From NCBI GenBank assembly GCA_964057225.1, contig OZ059895.1, forward strand, positions 16,678,001-16,742,000: a stretch of 64,000 nucleotides of DNA. Direction: 5' to 3'. Position numbers and translations under genes: made by a program. The stretch's first letter is position 1, and the number at the start of each line of letters is the position of its first letter. Origin of the DNA: Auanema rhodensis. Lineage: Eukaryota; Animalia; Nematoda. The notes below the pieces were generated by a model. It did not search any database and was not told where the DNA came from. It saw only the letters and a program-made list of their open reading frames with translations. This document shows positions 49,701 through 62,325 of this stretch, piece by piece.

Positions 49701-52700
49701 TCACATCATTATAGTTATTCACTTGAATACTATTTTCTATTCAGGTATGGCCACTTTTCGGGTATTAATCGTAAAGTGCAACTGAAATATTTGAAACCTA
49801 GAGAAGTTAAAAGAAACGAGGAAGATTCCAGTACTCAACAGGTGTCTACTTTAACCAAAATGTTGTTTTAACTCGATGTTATTTAGAGCGCCGCACTAAT
49901 GTTGATTCTCAAATGGGGTGGTGAACTTACAAATGCTGGTATGTGATATCTTTATTTGTACTTCTGTAATGATAATTTTTTACAGGAATGCTTCAAGCTG
50001 AGGCTCTTGGAAAGCTGTTCCGTACATTGTATCCGGGAATTAGAAGAACAGACGGCAAAACTTCACCAGAAGATACTCAAGGATTAGGATTTTTGAGATT
50101 ACATTCTACCTATCGGCATGACTTGAAAATATATGCTTCTGATGAAGGACGTGTTCAAATGACTGCAGCAGCTTTCGCTAAGGTTAGCATTCAAAGTTTT
50201 ATTTTCCTCATTTTCAATCATTGTTTTAGGGAATGTTAGCTCTTGAAGGAGAATTGACACCAATTCTTATGCAAATGGTTAAATCTGCCAACACTGATGG
50301 ATTATTAGACGATGACTGTCATGCTCGTGATTTCCAAACCGAGCTTAAAACCTATCTTCATCAAGCACTTCAGGTAGTTAATGGTGTTTGCCATATACGC
50401 AGTAACTTCTTAAGGTTGATCGTGATTTCACACCGGATGACTATCAAGCTCTTAACCCTGACGGATTAAGATCGATCAATAATTCCATGGAATTTATCAA
50501 AAATCCAAGAAAGATGTGTCATGAAATTGCTGGATACGTTCAAAAGATGTGTGAAGTTATTTCTTGGCATAAGTTGAACAAGCCAAGTAAAATTTAAAGT
50601 TTTCGTTATGTTTACTTATTATTTCTTTTAAAGATCACTCTCTTTATCAAAATGAATCATGGGATCTTGCTCAAAGACGTTGGAGTAAAGAACTTCGTGA
50701 ATTCTGTAGAACTAATAAATCTGGAGAAGTAGAATATGATATTTCCAAGATTCCTGATATTTACGATAACATCAAGGTATTGATTGTCAATATTTCAGAT
50801 AATTTTAGTTGTAACTTCTTTCAGTACGATATGGAGCACAACCCAGAAATATGTGCCGGTCACGAAGTAGATCTAGAACGGATGTATCTCTGTGTTAAGA
50901 ATATGGCTGACATCGTTGTTCCTCAGGAATATGGTATTCGTAAAGAAAATAAGATTTGTGTTGCTCAACGAGTTTGTACGCCACTTCTGAAGAAGATTCG
51001 AAGCGATCTTCATAGATGCTTAGAAAGTTCAGAAGAAGATGAGAGTCAAACTAGATTAGACCCTAGGTAATTAACTCGGTTATAACGAAGCTAACAAGTT
51101 CGATTTAGAGCTTCACAAGGAATTGCTACTCCTCTTCGTCACGTGAGAACTAGGTTATACTTCACGAGTGAAAGTCATATCCATACTATGATGAATTTGA
51201 TTCGTTATGGGGGATTATGCTCGGTATGCTTCACAGCAGAATTTATCTTAAATTATAATAAACTTTAGGTTGATGATCGTAAATGGCAGAGAGCGATGAA
51301 TTTCTTGAGTGGAGTAACTGAATTCAACTACATGACACAAGTTGTGCTTATGGTGTATGAAGACAGTCGAGCAGAAAGTGGACAAGATCGCTTCCACATA
51401 GAACTTTTATTCTCTCCTGGGCTTTATCCATGTTTCCTCACAGAAAAGGAGAGGATTTATGAAAACAGAATGAATAAGTTCGTCATTGGCATTCCATCTC
51501 TACATGGTGTTTGCTTAAGTTTTTCTTTCAGCAAAACAAACGGGTTGTCTAAAAGCCATTCTCGTGATGGCGGAGCAACTTCTCCATCTACGGTCGCAGG
51601 GGCTTTGAATGAAACTCAAAAAGAAAAAGAAGTCAATAACTTAAATGTTCCCGCTGTGATTGATGATGTTTCGGTTTCCAGCCAAGCAGATGAAAGCGAT
51701 TCAATAGCAACTTCTGGGTTTGTATTATGCAGTTCTGAATTTTCTTATATTTTTTTCGGATTCAGATTGGTAAGCCCTGTAGACAAGGGATGTATAGATT
51801 CAGATGATCACTTGGAAGACTTAAATGATGCTGAATCTGTGAATTTAGTAGCATTGGATGAAGTAACTTCAAAACAATTCAGTAAGGCTTTACTCCGTGC
51901 TCTTTATCTCCTAATTTATCTCAGAAATTTTACGCATGATTATATATAGATATTTCCCCTGATTTAATTGTCGTGATTTTCTGATTGAGATACTATTGAT
52001 TAACCCTTTTTTTTTGTTCAGCCTCTGAAGAGAAAGTTAAACGACAACGACATATGACCGGAGGAGAACGCGAAAAAGCTAGCGAAGAAGGTGATAGACC
52101 TAAAGAAGATGGGGAATGGAGAAGGGATAAAACTTCTGAACCTCTAGCTAGAGTAATGAAAAGTTCCTCACAGGTGTGATCTTAGAATATAACTCGAAAT
52201 TAGATTTTTTCCTTAACATAACTCTCAAGGTTTCTGTTGGCGATGGTGAAGATGACTGTCAGGCTACTGTAGGTAGTGGACGCGGGAAATGGGCTAAAGA
52301 TCTATTAGATGAAACAAGAAAAGCGATGAAAAGCATTAAGGAAGATGATGAACGGAAAGAAATAGATAGAAAAGATAGTGGATGTGAGTAATTACTTTTT
52401 CTAACTTACCTGATTGAAGTGCCCAGCAAATAAGTACACTCCGTTAATATTTTTATAAAACAAATCTGATATTCTTAATGATTTTGTACCTTCCATTTCC
52501 CTTTCGTACACATTTAATGATTTAATACTAATAATCTCTCAATCTATCTATCTATTTCTCTCTCATTTATTCTTTATATAGATATATACATACATATAGA
52601 TACATACAGATATATCTATATTTATTTATATAGATTGATATTATCCTTATTCTGGTCTTTCTCTTGTGAATTATCTCTATTATTCCATACACAGGTAGCA

Positions 52701-53945
52701 AAACCTAAAAGAAACGAAAAAATCCTGTATAAACTGATAATGGTGATCTGGAATTATACATCTTTTTACCTTCTTCTTCAAATAATTATTCTTTTTTTCT
52801 AAAGCATGTCTTATTTTCAGCAGGTGCCTTCAAGTTGGAACTATCTACTTCTGCAGATGAAAAATGTATGTAAATCAATTTACAACATTTTTATGTATTG
52901 TGATGTGTTTCGTCAGTTTAATCATCTATGTCATATCTCAGACATCATTTCTTTTTCGATTAGCTTTCTGCACTCTAGAAATCTGCATGTTCTTAAGCTT
53001 GATAACCTATACTAACACCACAAACTCTTCTCTATACCAGTGCAAATAGGAAATGCACGTAGCATGTATATCTTTTCTCTAAACAATTTTAAAAATAAGT
53101 TAATTAGTTGTTTTAAGAGGATGTAGTTAATAACCACTAGATATTGAGCCAAATTGACTCTGCTTTTTCTTCAGTTTAGCAATCTGATATTTTTTTGTTT
53201 TAGCTCGTCGTTCGCGGTTCCCTTATAAGTTCAAACATCATACTGTGAATTTGCTGACAGGTTAGTTCATAGTGCCAAGAATTTTGTATGAAAATATGTA
53301 TAGGAGCTGCTGGTGTCGCTGGTATAAATAAATTAATCAGCACCGATGTTTTGATGGGTAAATTCCTAGTTGAACACTGTAAGGACAATAAATCTACTAA
53401 GCAGACAGGACGTAAGTACAGTGAAATATTATCGTTTTGAAAATTTTCATTCATTCAAAATGTACCTTAGAATTTCTTTTCGCAAAAAAATTGAAAATTA
53501 ATATATTGTTATATCCATTTTCTTCAGATTATGCTCCTGGGCCTGCCGTTCTTTCTACTGCTGTGATAGCTAGATCATCAAGTGCTCCTCGTCTTCAAAC
53601 CTTCAAAGCAGAAGATGATTTGAATGTTGGAGGTATTTCTTTATGTTTTTTGATTATTATTAACAACTTCAATTTGAGAAATAAAACGATTCTGGCCTCC
53701 TCTTCGTTCATTGGAAACGTTGCATGATAACATCAAGTTTGAACAATTTGATCGCTTTGTATCACATCTTATCAATTTCCCAACGCCTCTTCCTAGTCCT
53801 CCGAAAACACCTCTACCCATTTCCAACGAAGGTATTAATAATATTGCGATTATATATTAGTCATTTAATAATTGCAGAAATTCCACAGCCAAATTTGAGC
53901 AAGTTAACAGCCGAAGTGGAAAAGTTAAAGCAATTGTCTATGTAA
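46713..53945 (+). CDS. Bifunctional inositol pyrophosphate kinase/phosphatase PPIP5K (VIP1 family), multi-exon
   Basis: ATP-grasp kinase motifs [67 protein letters not shown]. Histidine-phosphatase motif [10 protein letters not shown], plus [21 protein letters not shown] and [13 protein letters not shown]. Confidence 0.96.
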
Positions 53946-54492
53946 AAAAATACTTACATTCCGTTGTAATTCTTATCCGAATAACTGGTACTCACGAATA
54001 GGTCAAAGTTTTGTGATATATTTATTTATTTTTGTTTACGTAAGATGCTTTAAGATGTTCGATTTAATAAATGTTTTATATAATTTCTCAAATTAAACTA
54101 TTCAATGTTTATATTATTAAATACTTCATGACTATTTTATATATCTAAAAAGATAAAGTAAAATCCATCTACTAATTAAAAAATATTTTTTACTAACAAA
54201 AAATAAAAAAAAATACCGTCAAAACGATGAGACAACTCTCTCTATACATTGTGTAGTATAGCGATAAATGCCACTCGTTGAAAAATTGGTCCCGCCACTC
54301 TCACCAAATTTAAACAACAAGTATGAACGTTTCCATATATTATTTGGATTTATGCTTAATTAAGTATATCATATGCTTCTCTAACAGTTTTAAATCACAA
54401 CTTAAGCAAAGTAATATATAAATATTCAAATAAACAATAATTAAGGCATATATCGATTAGCTCTAAGCAAACTGTAGGCATTAATAAATTGC

Positions 54493-57400
54493 ATGGACGA
54501 CGCTGCTAAGGAGTCTGTGGCAGAAGATGTTTGTTTAGTTGTCGAAAGTTTTATATGATTTATTTTTTTAGAATGCCCACAAGATATCGGACCGCGAAGA
54601 AAATGCTGATACACCTGTAAGTGAGAGATAAATATGATACTTATCTTGCTCGAATGAAATAACTGTGTGTGTAACCTTACAGGTACCCGAGTCAGTAAGC
54701 GAAGTGGTACTGGATGAAGAAAATGATGACGAATATGAATGTGCAATTAACAATCAATTTGATCAAACTTTGCTTTTTGATGTAAGTTAACTTTATTTTA
54801 AAAAAATATAACTATGAAGTTTAGTTATATCAACCAATTGAGACTGAAGATTTTCGACTTTTGTGCAAAATATGTCTACAATTAGGAAAGCACATGGTAT
54901 TTGATGATAAACAACAGTATGCTTCTCATCGATATAAAGTTCATGGCTCATATAATGTAAGAATAGTTTTTCACTTTTTGGTCACCATTGCTTTGTAGAA
55001 TAGCGTTGCTTGTCCGATTTTGGCTTGCCGTGAGGTGTATGCTTCGATGATAATTTTAAGGAAGCATTTAATGGTTTGTTGATATATGATGGCGCCTGAT
55101 TTTTCTTATTCAGGCAGAGCATAAGCTACCTCTTGAGACGCATCATCAAATTTTTGCGAACATGAACGAGTTTGAGGTTTTTCAATGTTTTTATTTTCAA
55201 CATAAACTATTGATTTTGTAGAGATGGCGTCAGCTTGTAGAATTAGCTTCTAATTGTCGGTATATGATGCATACTAAACAACCACATTATAAACGACAAG
55301 TAATGCATTGTTCGCGAAGTGAGCATAAAATGGTTTTACAATCAAAGAAGTAAGATTATCGAATTTGATAATCATTGTTCTCTTTTTTCTAGGCATAGAT
55401 TACCTCGACTACGAATGTTAAAGGAAGGTTCTTGCTGTCCTGCTTTCATTTCGTTCCGTATTGAGGAAAAAACGGGGTAAAATAAAATTATAATCAGTGA
55501 ACAAAAATGTTGATGAAATATGTTTCAGTCGTGTACATACATTCTATCAACTAGTTCATGTTGGTCATGCTACTCAAGATGATTCCGAAGAGACTTCGGT
55601 TGATCGTGCCCAGGGTGGTATCTTTAGCACCGAACCGGGACAGGTTTTTGATAATATTGTACTTTATATTGAATGTATTTTCAGCCGGCTCGGTTACCCT
55701 CTCTTCATTTTCCTGAAAAACCCACTTATCTCGGGGAGCATGCTATGCAGTATCTTCAGGTTCGTGTACTTTTTGTTTAATGTTTTTTTCAACTTTTTTT
55801 TAGGTTGATCTTATTGAAATGGACAGTACTGTATATGCCACAATGATTTATTCTAATATTTTAATAATAACTGATTTATTCACCGGATATACATGGGCCA
55901 AGCCCATTCCAGGAACTGCCCAGAAACAGTTAATTTTAAGGATTTTAACTGATTTGTTTTGTCAGTTTGGTGTTCCTGGTGAGTTTTATATCTGTTTTTT
56001 GCAATGAAAGATAGTTGAGGAAAACATTTTTTTTAGAAGGATTTTCTTGTAGTGCTAGTCATTCACAAAGGATGGTTAGAGAGTCAATGAGTTCAATAGG
56101 AGACGTTTTTCGTGTTGAAATAAAAGAAGTTTTCAACGAGGCTAGTGTGTTCAAACGTTAATTAATTTCAAAATCATTTATAGATGCCTGACTATGATTG
56201 GCTCAGAAATACTCTACTTAGTCAAGCTGCTGAAGAATTAAAAGGTCCGAATCGATGGGTCGAAGTTCTTCCGTTTACTGTGATGTCCATGAATCAATCT
56301 GGTAGTAGAAGTTCATTTGAGGTAATCTTTCATTCTTGCGATCTTAACCTTTCGAATTCGAAATTCAACTTTTTTTTATTTTGTTTTCAGAGAATGTTTA
56401 ACAGAAGGCCATATGGCGAATCTTATCCACCCTGGTTAAGTGAAGCTGAAGCGTTCGTAGATGACCCAGATCAATTTGAACCAGACTTTTCTCACCAAGT
56501 TTCGGCTCGATATCAAGTTGGAGATAAAGTTTACGTAAGTTCACTAATTTAATGATATTTATATATATCATTGTCTATCTTTCAGCTACGTAATCTGAAC
56601 TCTAAGCCTGGTCGTGGGAATACTGTACCATACCTCTACGGATATATAGGAGAAGTTGATTGGAAAGACAGCCCACACTTCCCCTACAAAGTTCATTATT
56701 CAAAAAATAGTGAACCTTGGCCACATGAAGGTATCTACAAAAATTTTTTTTATTTTTTTGAATTTTTAACTATTTCAGCTAATGTTTATACTTGGGTTAC
56801 TCCATTCGATGTCTTACCAACAACTCACGATCTTATGATGATCCGTGATGAAGGTACTTTTACTCGTTCTTATTCTTAACTTTTTTTTTTCATAATTCAG
56901 ATCGGCGTCGAGTTATGGCGACACTTCTTTGTACATGTCAAGACTCTTCTAACAAAGGGAGTCAGAACCCACCTTGCCAGTTATTCCGGAGTCATGCTTG
57001 TAGTAATGGCATGGCCCGAGTATGTTGTTTGGCTAGTGGGTATGAATGTGCTTATCACGAGTTAATTCATGGAGAAGAGAGCTACTCTAAAACTCAGACC
57101 GTGTCTCGTTATTATTCCAATCAGTGTACTCCAATAGAGAAAAAGAAGCTCGGAGACATGATACGGTTAGTATTTTTCTTTTTCTTTTAAATAATTCGGA
57201 TTTTTAGAACCCGATTTTCGAAAGCCAGTTCTCCTGTGGAAACAGTCCCAACACCTACGGAGGAAATAAAGTAAGTTTATCTTTTTTCTCTACATTACCA
57301 AAATTGTCTTTATAGTGCTGAAACTCTTGATGTCGGCTCGAATCATGAAGTAATTCCTTCTATTGTTCGCCCTGCTATTTTGGTTTGCGTTGTTGAAATT

Positions 57401-57812
57401 TTTGTTTGATAAGAAATCAAATTATAGCGGAATCGTAGAAGGCCGGCCCGATCAGCTAGCCGGATAATAGTTCATACCAATGAAGCAGAGCCTCATGGTA
57501 TGTATAGAGAGGCTAGAACACGTGTACAAATAATAACAGATGTTGAGCAACCATCTTCTCATGTAAAAAAGATACCTATGAAGAGACGAAGGATAAGTGA
57601 AGACATGGGCTCTGTGAGCTATAGTGGAAATGTAGGCTAAATAGACTGATATTTCTATAATGGTCTATATGTTTTAGGAGGATATATCAAATCAGGATCT
57701 ATCAAACAGTATGAAAGAAGATTCTGTAAGTGGTGATACACCTGTATTGCACACAAGAAGATCTGGTCGTCAAGTTAAAGTCAAAACATTCTCTGAATAT
57801 ATCACACATTGA
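54493..57812 (+). CDS. Transposon-derived chimeric protein: 2x C2H2 fingers, WRKY/GCM1(FAR1/MULE)-like domain, degenerate integrase core, SH3-like and Cys-rich domains
   Basis: About 18 small exons splice into one open frame: CKIC..HRYKVH, CPILAC..HLMAEH, FANMNEFERW..HCSRS..KEGSCCPAFI..HVGH, LQVDLIEM..ILIITDLFTGYTWAKP..FCQFGVPE..WVEVLPF..N..SFERMFNRRP, YQVGDKVYL, CQLFRSHACSNGMARVCCLASGYECAYH. Stop TGA at 57810-57812. Confidence 0.75.
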
Positions 57813-57998
57813 TAATTTTGAGAATGATTGCATGTATTAATGTTCATATACATACTATTTATGTTGGATCTCATTAATCTTTATGTTTCATAATATTTTA
57901 TAATTTATTCAATAATAAGGGTTAAAAACCTTTGAGTTTACTTATTTTATTACATTTATTTCGCCTTTAACAATTATTTATTAGAGGTATATTATTGT

Positions 57999-60900
57999 AT
58001 GGCTGCGGACCCGAATTTTACCCTGAGGGTTGGTAAGCTCTTCGTTCTGAGGGATAAATTCGATACCGTTGGAGAATGCCTCTCACGGTTTATTCATTCT
58101 TCCACCCTTGTATTGAACAAGATTCATGGCCTATCAGAAAAGGTAAATTACTCTTATTAATGGAAAAATGAAACTTACTCGATTTCAAGGATTCCGTTGA
58201 TGCCATAAACACTATGGTAACAGAAATTAAAGTTGATCCCGTTGCAAGTGGTTTAGTATGTTTACTATTATCGGAACCAGATCATTTTCAAAAGGTTTTA
58301 ATCATATTTTCTTATTTGAATAAGCTTCAATTTTGCAGTATTTTCATTTGCTAGGCACAATAGGTGACTGGTTTCCGACCTTATGTGTTGTAAATATGGT
58401 TATAATCGAGGGATACCATAAACTACACGAGCGTTGTAAGAATGTTCTTGTTGATTTTTTTAGAGAAGCCATTCGATTAAATGTTCCTAAGGTTAGGCTC
58501 TGAAATTATTTTTTTATAACTATGTGAACTTAAGATTGAAAATGTTGTTATGAATCAACTTCGAACTTTTAATGGTACTGGTGATTGGGAGAGTAAAATT
58601 CGACTCTCTTATTTGGTATGACTGCTTATCATTAACTTTTAAACGTAGATTTATGTAGATGGGGACCATTTTACAAGAAAATGAACAATGGATGCTTTCT
58701 GTTAAAACCGGTTCTTATATTTTTTCTATGATTTTAAGTACTTTTGGTCATCTTATCGTTGATATTCCTGCTCAAAAGGAATCTGTTCGTCAAACCTTAA
58801 TTCATGTCTGTGTATTTGTGATCCGGTCAGTTTAAAATTTTCTGATTCTGGTATAAGTGCATATTTAGAAATCGTATTCATGATGCTTGTATGTTGGGAA
58901 GGGATTTAATCCTCATCTTGATGCGTCTTTCGAAAGTTCCTCAAATTAATCAAATTTGGAAAGAAATGATCTTCACTCCTAATTCTTTGCATATTAACAG
59001 TACGTTTCAGTTTAATGTTCTTTTTTTAATGAATATTTTTAAGGTCTTGAGGATATAATGTTCCGGACTAATCAGTTATATCATTCTTCACAACGTTTAT
59101 CGCCTGAGTTGACTAAGAAAGTCGATTTTATCCTATGGCAAGTTAAGCCAAATGTTCAAGATAAGCATTTTGAATGGCTTGCAAATGCGGTACTTGTTTG
59201 TATAATTTAAACTATCTCATTTATCTTTTTTCAGCATTTAACGGGCCCTGATGCAACAAGTATTCGAGCAGAAATGATCCGATATACCCTCTATAGTGTG
59301 AAAGATAATATGCCACCCTATTTTTGTGATGCCAAAGTTCATTTCCTACAATATTTAATTGGAAATGCTCAGGTTAGCATTTAAAGATTTACTTTGTGTA
59401 GTTTCATTTTCAGACTGGCTATGAGTTGCAATGGTGTAAAACAGCTTTATGGATAGATTGGCTTATGTATGATTCCAACTGTCCACTTTCCATAATAGAA
59501 CCTGTAATCGGTATTTGCTTAAGTTTTTGCTTTTATATAGTTTTTCTGTTAAAGCTTTGGTACGGTACACGCTAAGTGCCCAAGCTGTTAAAGCTAACTC
59601 TTTGTTGGAGTATGTTTGTAAAAGTGTTCATGTTATCCATCCTCCAATGAAAGAGCAAATTAAACGAGCTACTAATCTTGCTATGAAAGTAGTTGCGGAT
59701 TTCTACATGTCTAGGTAATATATAATAGAATCATTTCCGAAAAGCTTGTTTCATTCTTTATAGCAATCAGCATATTTCCAATATTCTCGAAAATGTTCGA
59801 TTAGATAAATCAGTACGGGAACAAATTAGAGAAGTATGGAAAGATTTCGTTCGTGCCCCTCCTACCCCCGTTAGGTATTATTGAGGTGTTCGTCTCCTTA
59901 TCTTTTGTTGTTTGATTACTTGCAGTTCACCAGCACCTAGCGCTCCTGCAACTCCTCCCAGTTTGGGTGCATCGCAGTCACCTTCTTCAACACCTCCCAC
60001 AATTCCTACAATTACTACAGAACGAAAGAAAAGTGAAACTAAGGAAGCCAAGATTGAAACTGAAGTATCTACCGAGAGAAAATCACCTAGTCCTCTACTT
60101 GGTGGCACCGGTGGAAGGGTTTGGAGAATAGGTCGTTTCGCTTTCTAACTTTTATTTATAGCCTGTCAATAAAGAAGAGATTGAGAAAGAAGTTGAAGCA
60201 AATTATCAATTGCTCCGAGATGAAATGAAGCCCATTATTGGCCATTTAAGAGAAGCTTTTCAATCTCAAGAGACCGATGAAAGTGAGAAAAGTGAAGCTG
60301 TTCAACGCTTTCTCAGCCGCCTTCTGGAGAACGTATAAAAACAATGTTTATAATTAATTTAGTGTCATTATAATTTAGGATGACGGTGTGGAAGAAGAAC
60401 AACTTGAAATTATGGGCCATTGTGTATTAGGGATCTTGGGCAGGCCTCAAGAATGGGGACGGTTTATTTATCCTGAGATTGTAACCGAATTAATTTTGCA
60501 AGAAAATTTCAATCATCCCCTTTATATTATTTTTAGAAATTTCTGGTATGGAGCTTTTCTTTGTAAAAGTAAAAAAAACGTTTTTTTTAGTTTTACTCCT
60601 GTCTCAGATACATCAACTCGGGCTCTTATGATTAATCTTATTGCTGCTATGCGGGATAAAGATAATACTTTAACTTATGTTTTCCTATATTTCATGAAAG
60701 TAAGTTTTTACTGTGCATTTTACATCATTTTGTTCAAATCCACACGCTCCGGTGAAATCCAACAATTTTGCTTTAGTTAAGTTATGCAAATTTTTTTTTC
60801 ATTATTGCTTTAATATAGACGTGAGCGGTTGTGCGTGTGCAATTACTAAACATTAACGAAAATTACTAGCCTCATATGAAATAATTCCAGGCGGGTATTC

Positions 60901-62325
60901 AAAGCTTCACTGATACATTACTATGTTACGAAGAAATTGCAAGAGCATGTGATAAAGATGTAGGCGAAATGTTGGCTGAGGACCTTCAGGTTTCTAACTG
61001 ACTTTTCTAATTTCATTATAATATATTATGTAGCAATGTGCGTTGGATGATGAGCGTCTTTTTGCATACTTGTTGCCATTTATTTTCCGATCATTCTCTG
61101 GAAACGCTCATTCAACTCCTGAGGTTCGCCAATTACCTGTTAAAAGTTTTAAAAGCTTCAATTTAAGGTCTTCAAAGTTATGTGCCACTTTCTTGATTCT
61201 TTCCAATTAAATGACTTAGTCGGTGCTATCATTAGGTAATTCCTTTCTCCTATGAAGTATACAATTTCAATCACAGAGAAAATTGCCAACTTTTCCGAAA
61301 GGATAATTTCCCAGCTATTGTGACATCATCATTCACTTGGGAAACAACTGCACAATGGATTTTCTGGCAGTTAGGTATTACACATGGGTTAATGTGTTTT
61401 TTTACTTACTTTTATATTTAGTTCATGCCGAAGGTGTTCCAGTAGATTGGGTAAACCCCTTATTGCCGAAGTTTGATAGTATCAAAAACGGAGAAGCCGC
61501 TACTAACATTTTGCTGATGCTCAAACGAATGGGTAGCTTTTTCAATTTGCATCGTAACAAAATTATTTTTTTTCAGATAGAGAACCAACTACTGGACTAA
61601 TAAGGCAAATTCTTTGGAGAGCACCAGTGTTGGAAGACACGTTCACCTCCAATGCATTGAAGGTTTATCTAATTATCCATCTTCTTTTATTTTTTGGCTT
61701 CAAGGTTTTAATCGATGATAGTGATATGTGCACCAAAGTAGCTGAAATTTTGGGATCCATATTAAGAAAGCAGATAGCTTCAGCTGATTTGATGATGTCT
61801 TCAAGCAACAAGAACCAAGGAAAAAAGCCAGTTCTTAAGCTTTCCATGGAACAAGTAAGGGATACATGTATGATGAAAGCTTATAAATCCTAAATTTTAC
61901 AGGTTCTTCTCCACATTGATAACTTCATTCAATTATGCTTGAGTAAAGATAAAAAGAGCACAGAAAACTTATTAGCCAAAAACTATGTTCAAGATGCTTT
62001 TCAAGCTATTCGAGCGTAATTTCTAAATGCATCATTCCCATTAAAATGCTTCTTTTTAAGGAACGAAAAAACGAATTTCTTTCGAGCTAAATTCATGCAA
62101 CTTTTCGCTGTCATTGAAATATTAGGCGAAGACAATTTTGGTGTCGCACGAACATTACGAGGTAATAGGACAGGAACAGCTGCCAAGCCACACAAAAAGA
62201 AAGAAGAAGAGCCTGTAAGTCACGTCTCTATAAAATGGTTATATTCATATATGGTTTAGGAAGAGACCACTCCTACGAAAAAGAAAAAACCGCGTATCAT
62301 ACACTTGGATTCTGACAGCGATTAA
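57999..62325 (+). CDS. ints-3: Integrator complex subunit 3 (INTS3/SOSS-A), multi-exon
   Basis: Segments GLVCLLLSEP, RIHDACMLGRDLILILMRLSKVPQINQIWKEM, RLSPELTKKVDFI, SIRAEMIRY, ALWIDWLMYD, LAEDLQQCALDDERLF, SSFTWETTAQWIFWQLVHAE and C-terminal DSDSD* parallel recalled human INTS3. Confidence 0.88.
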
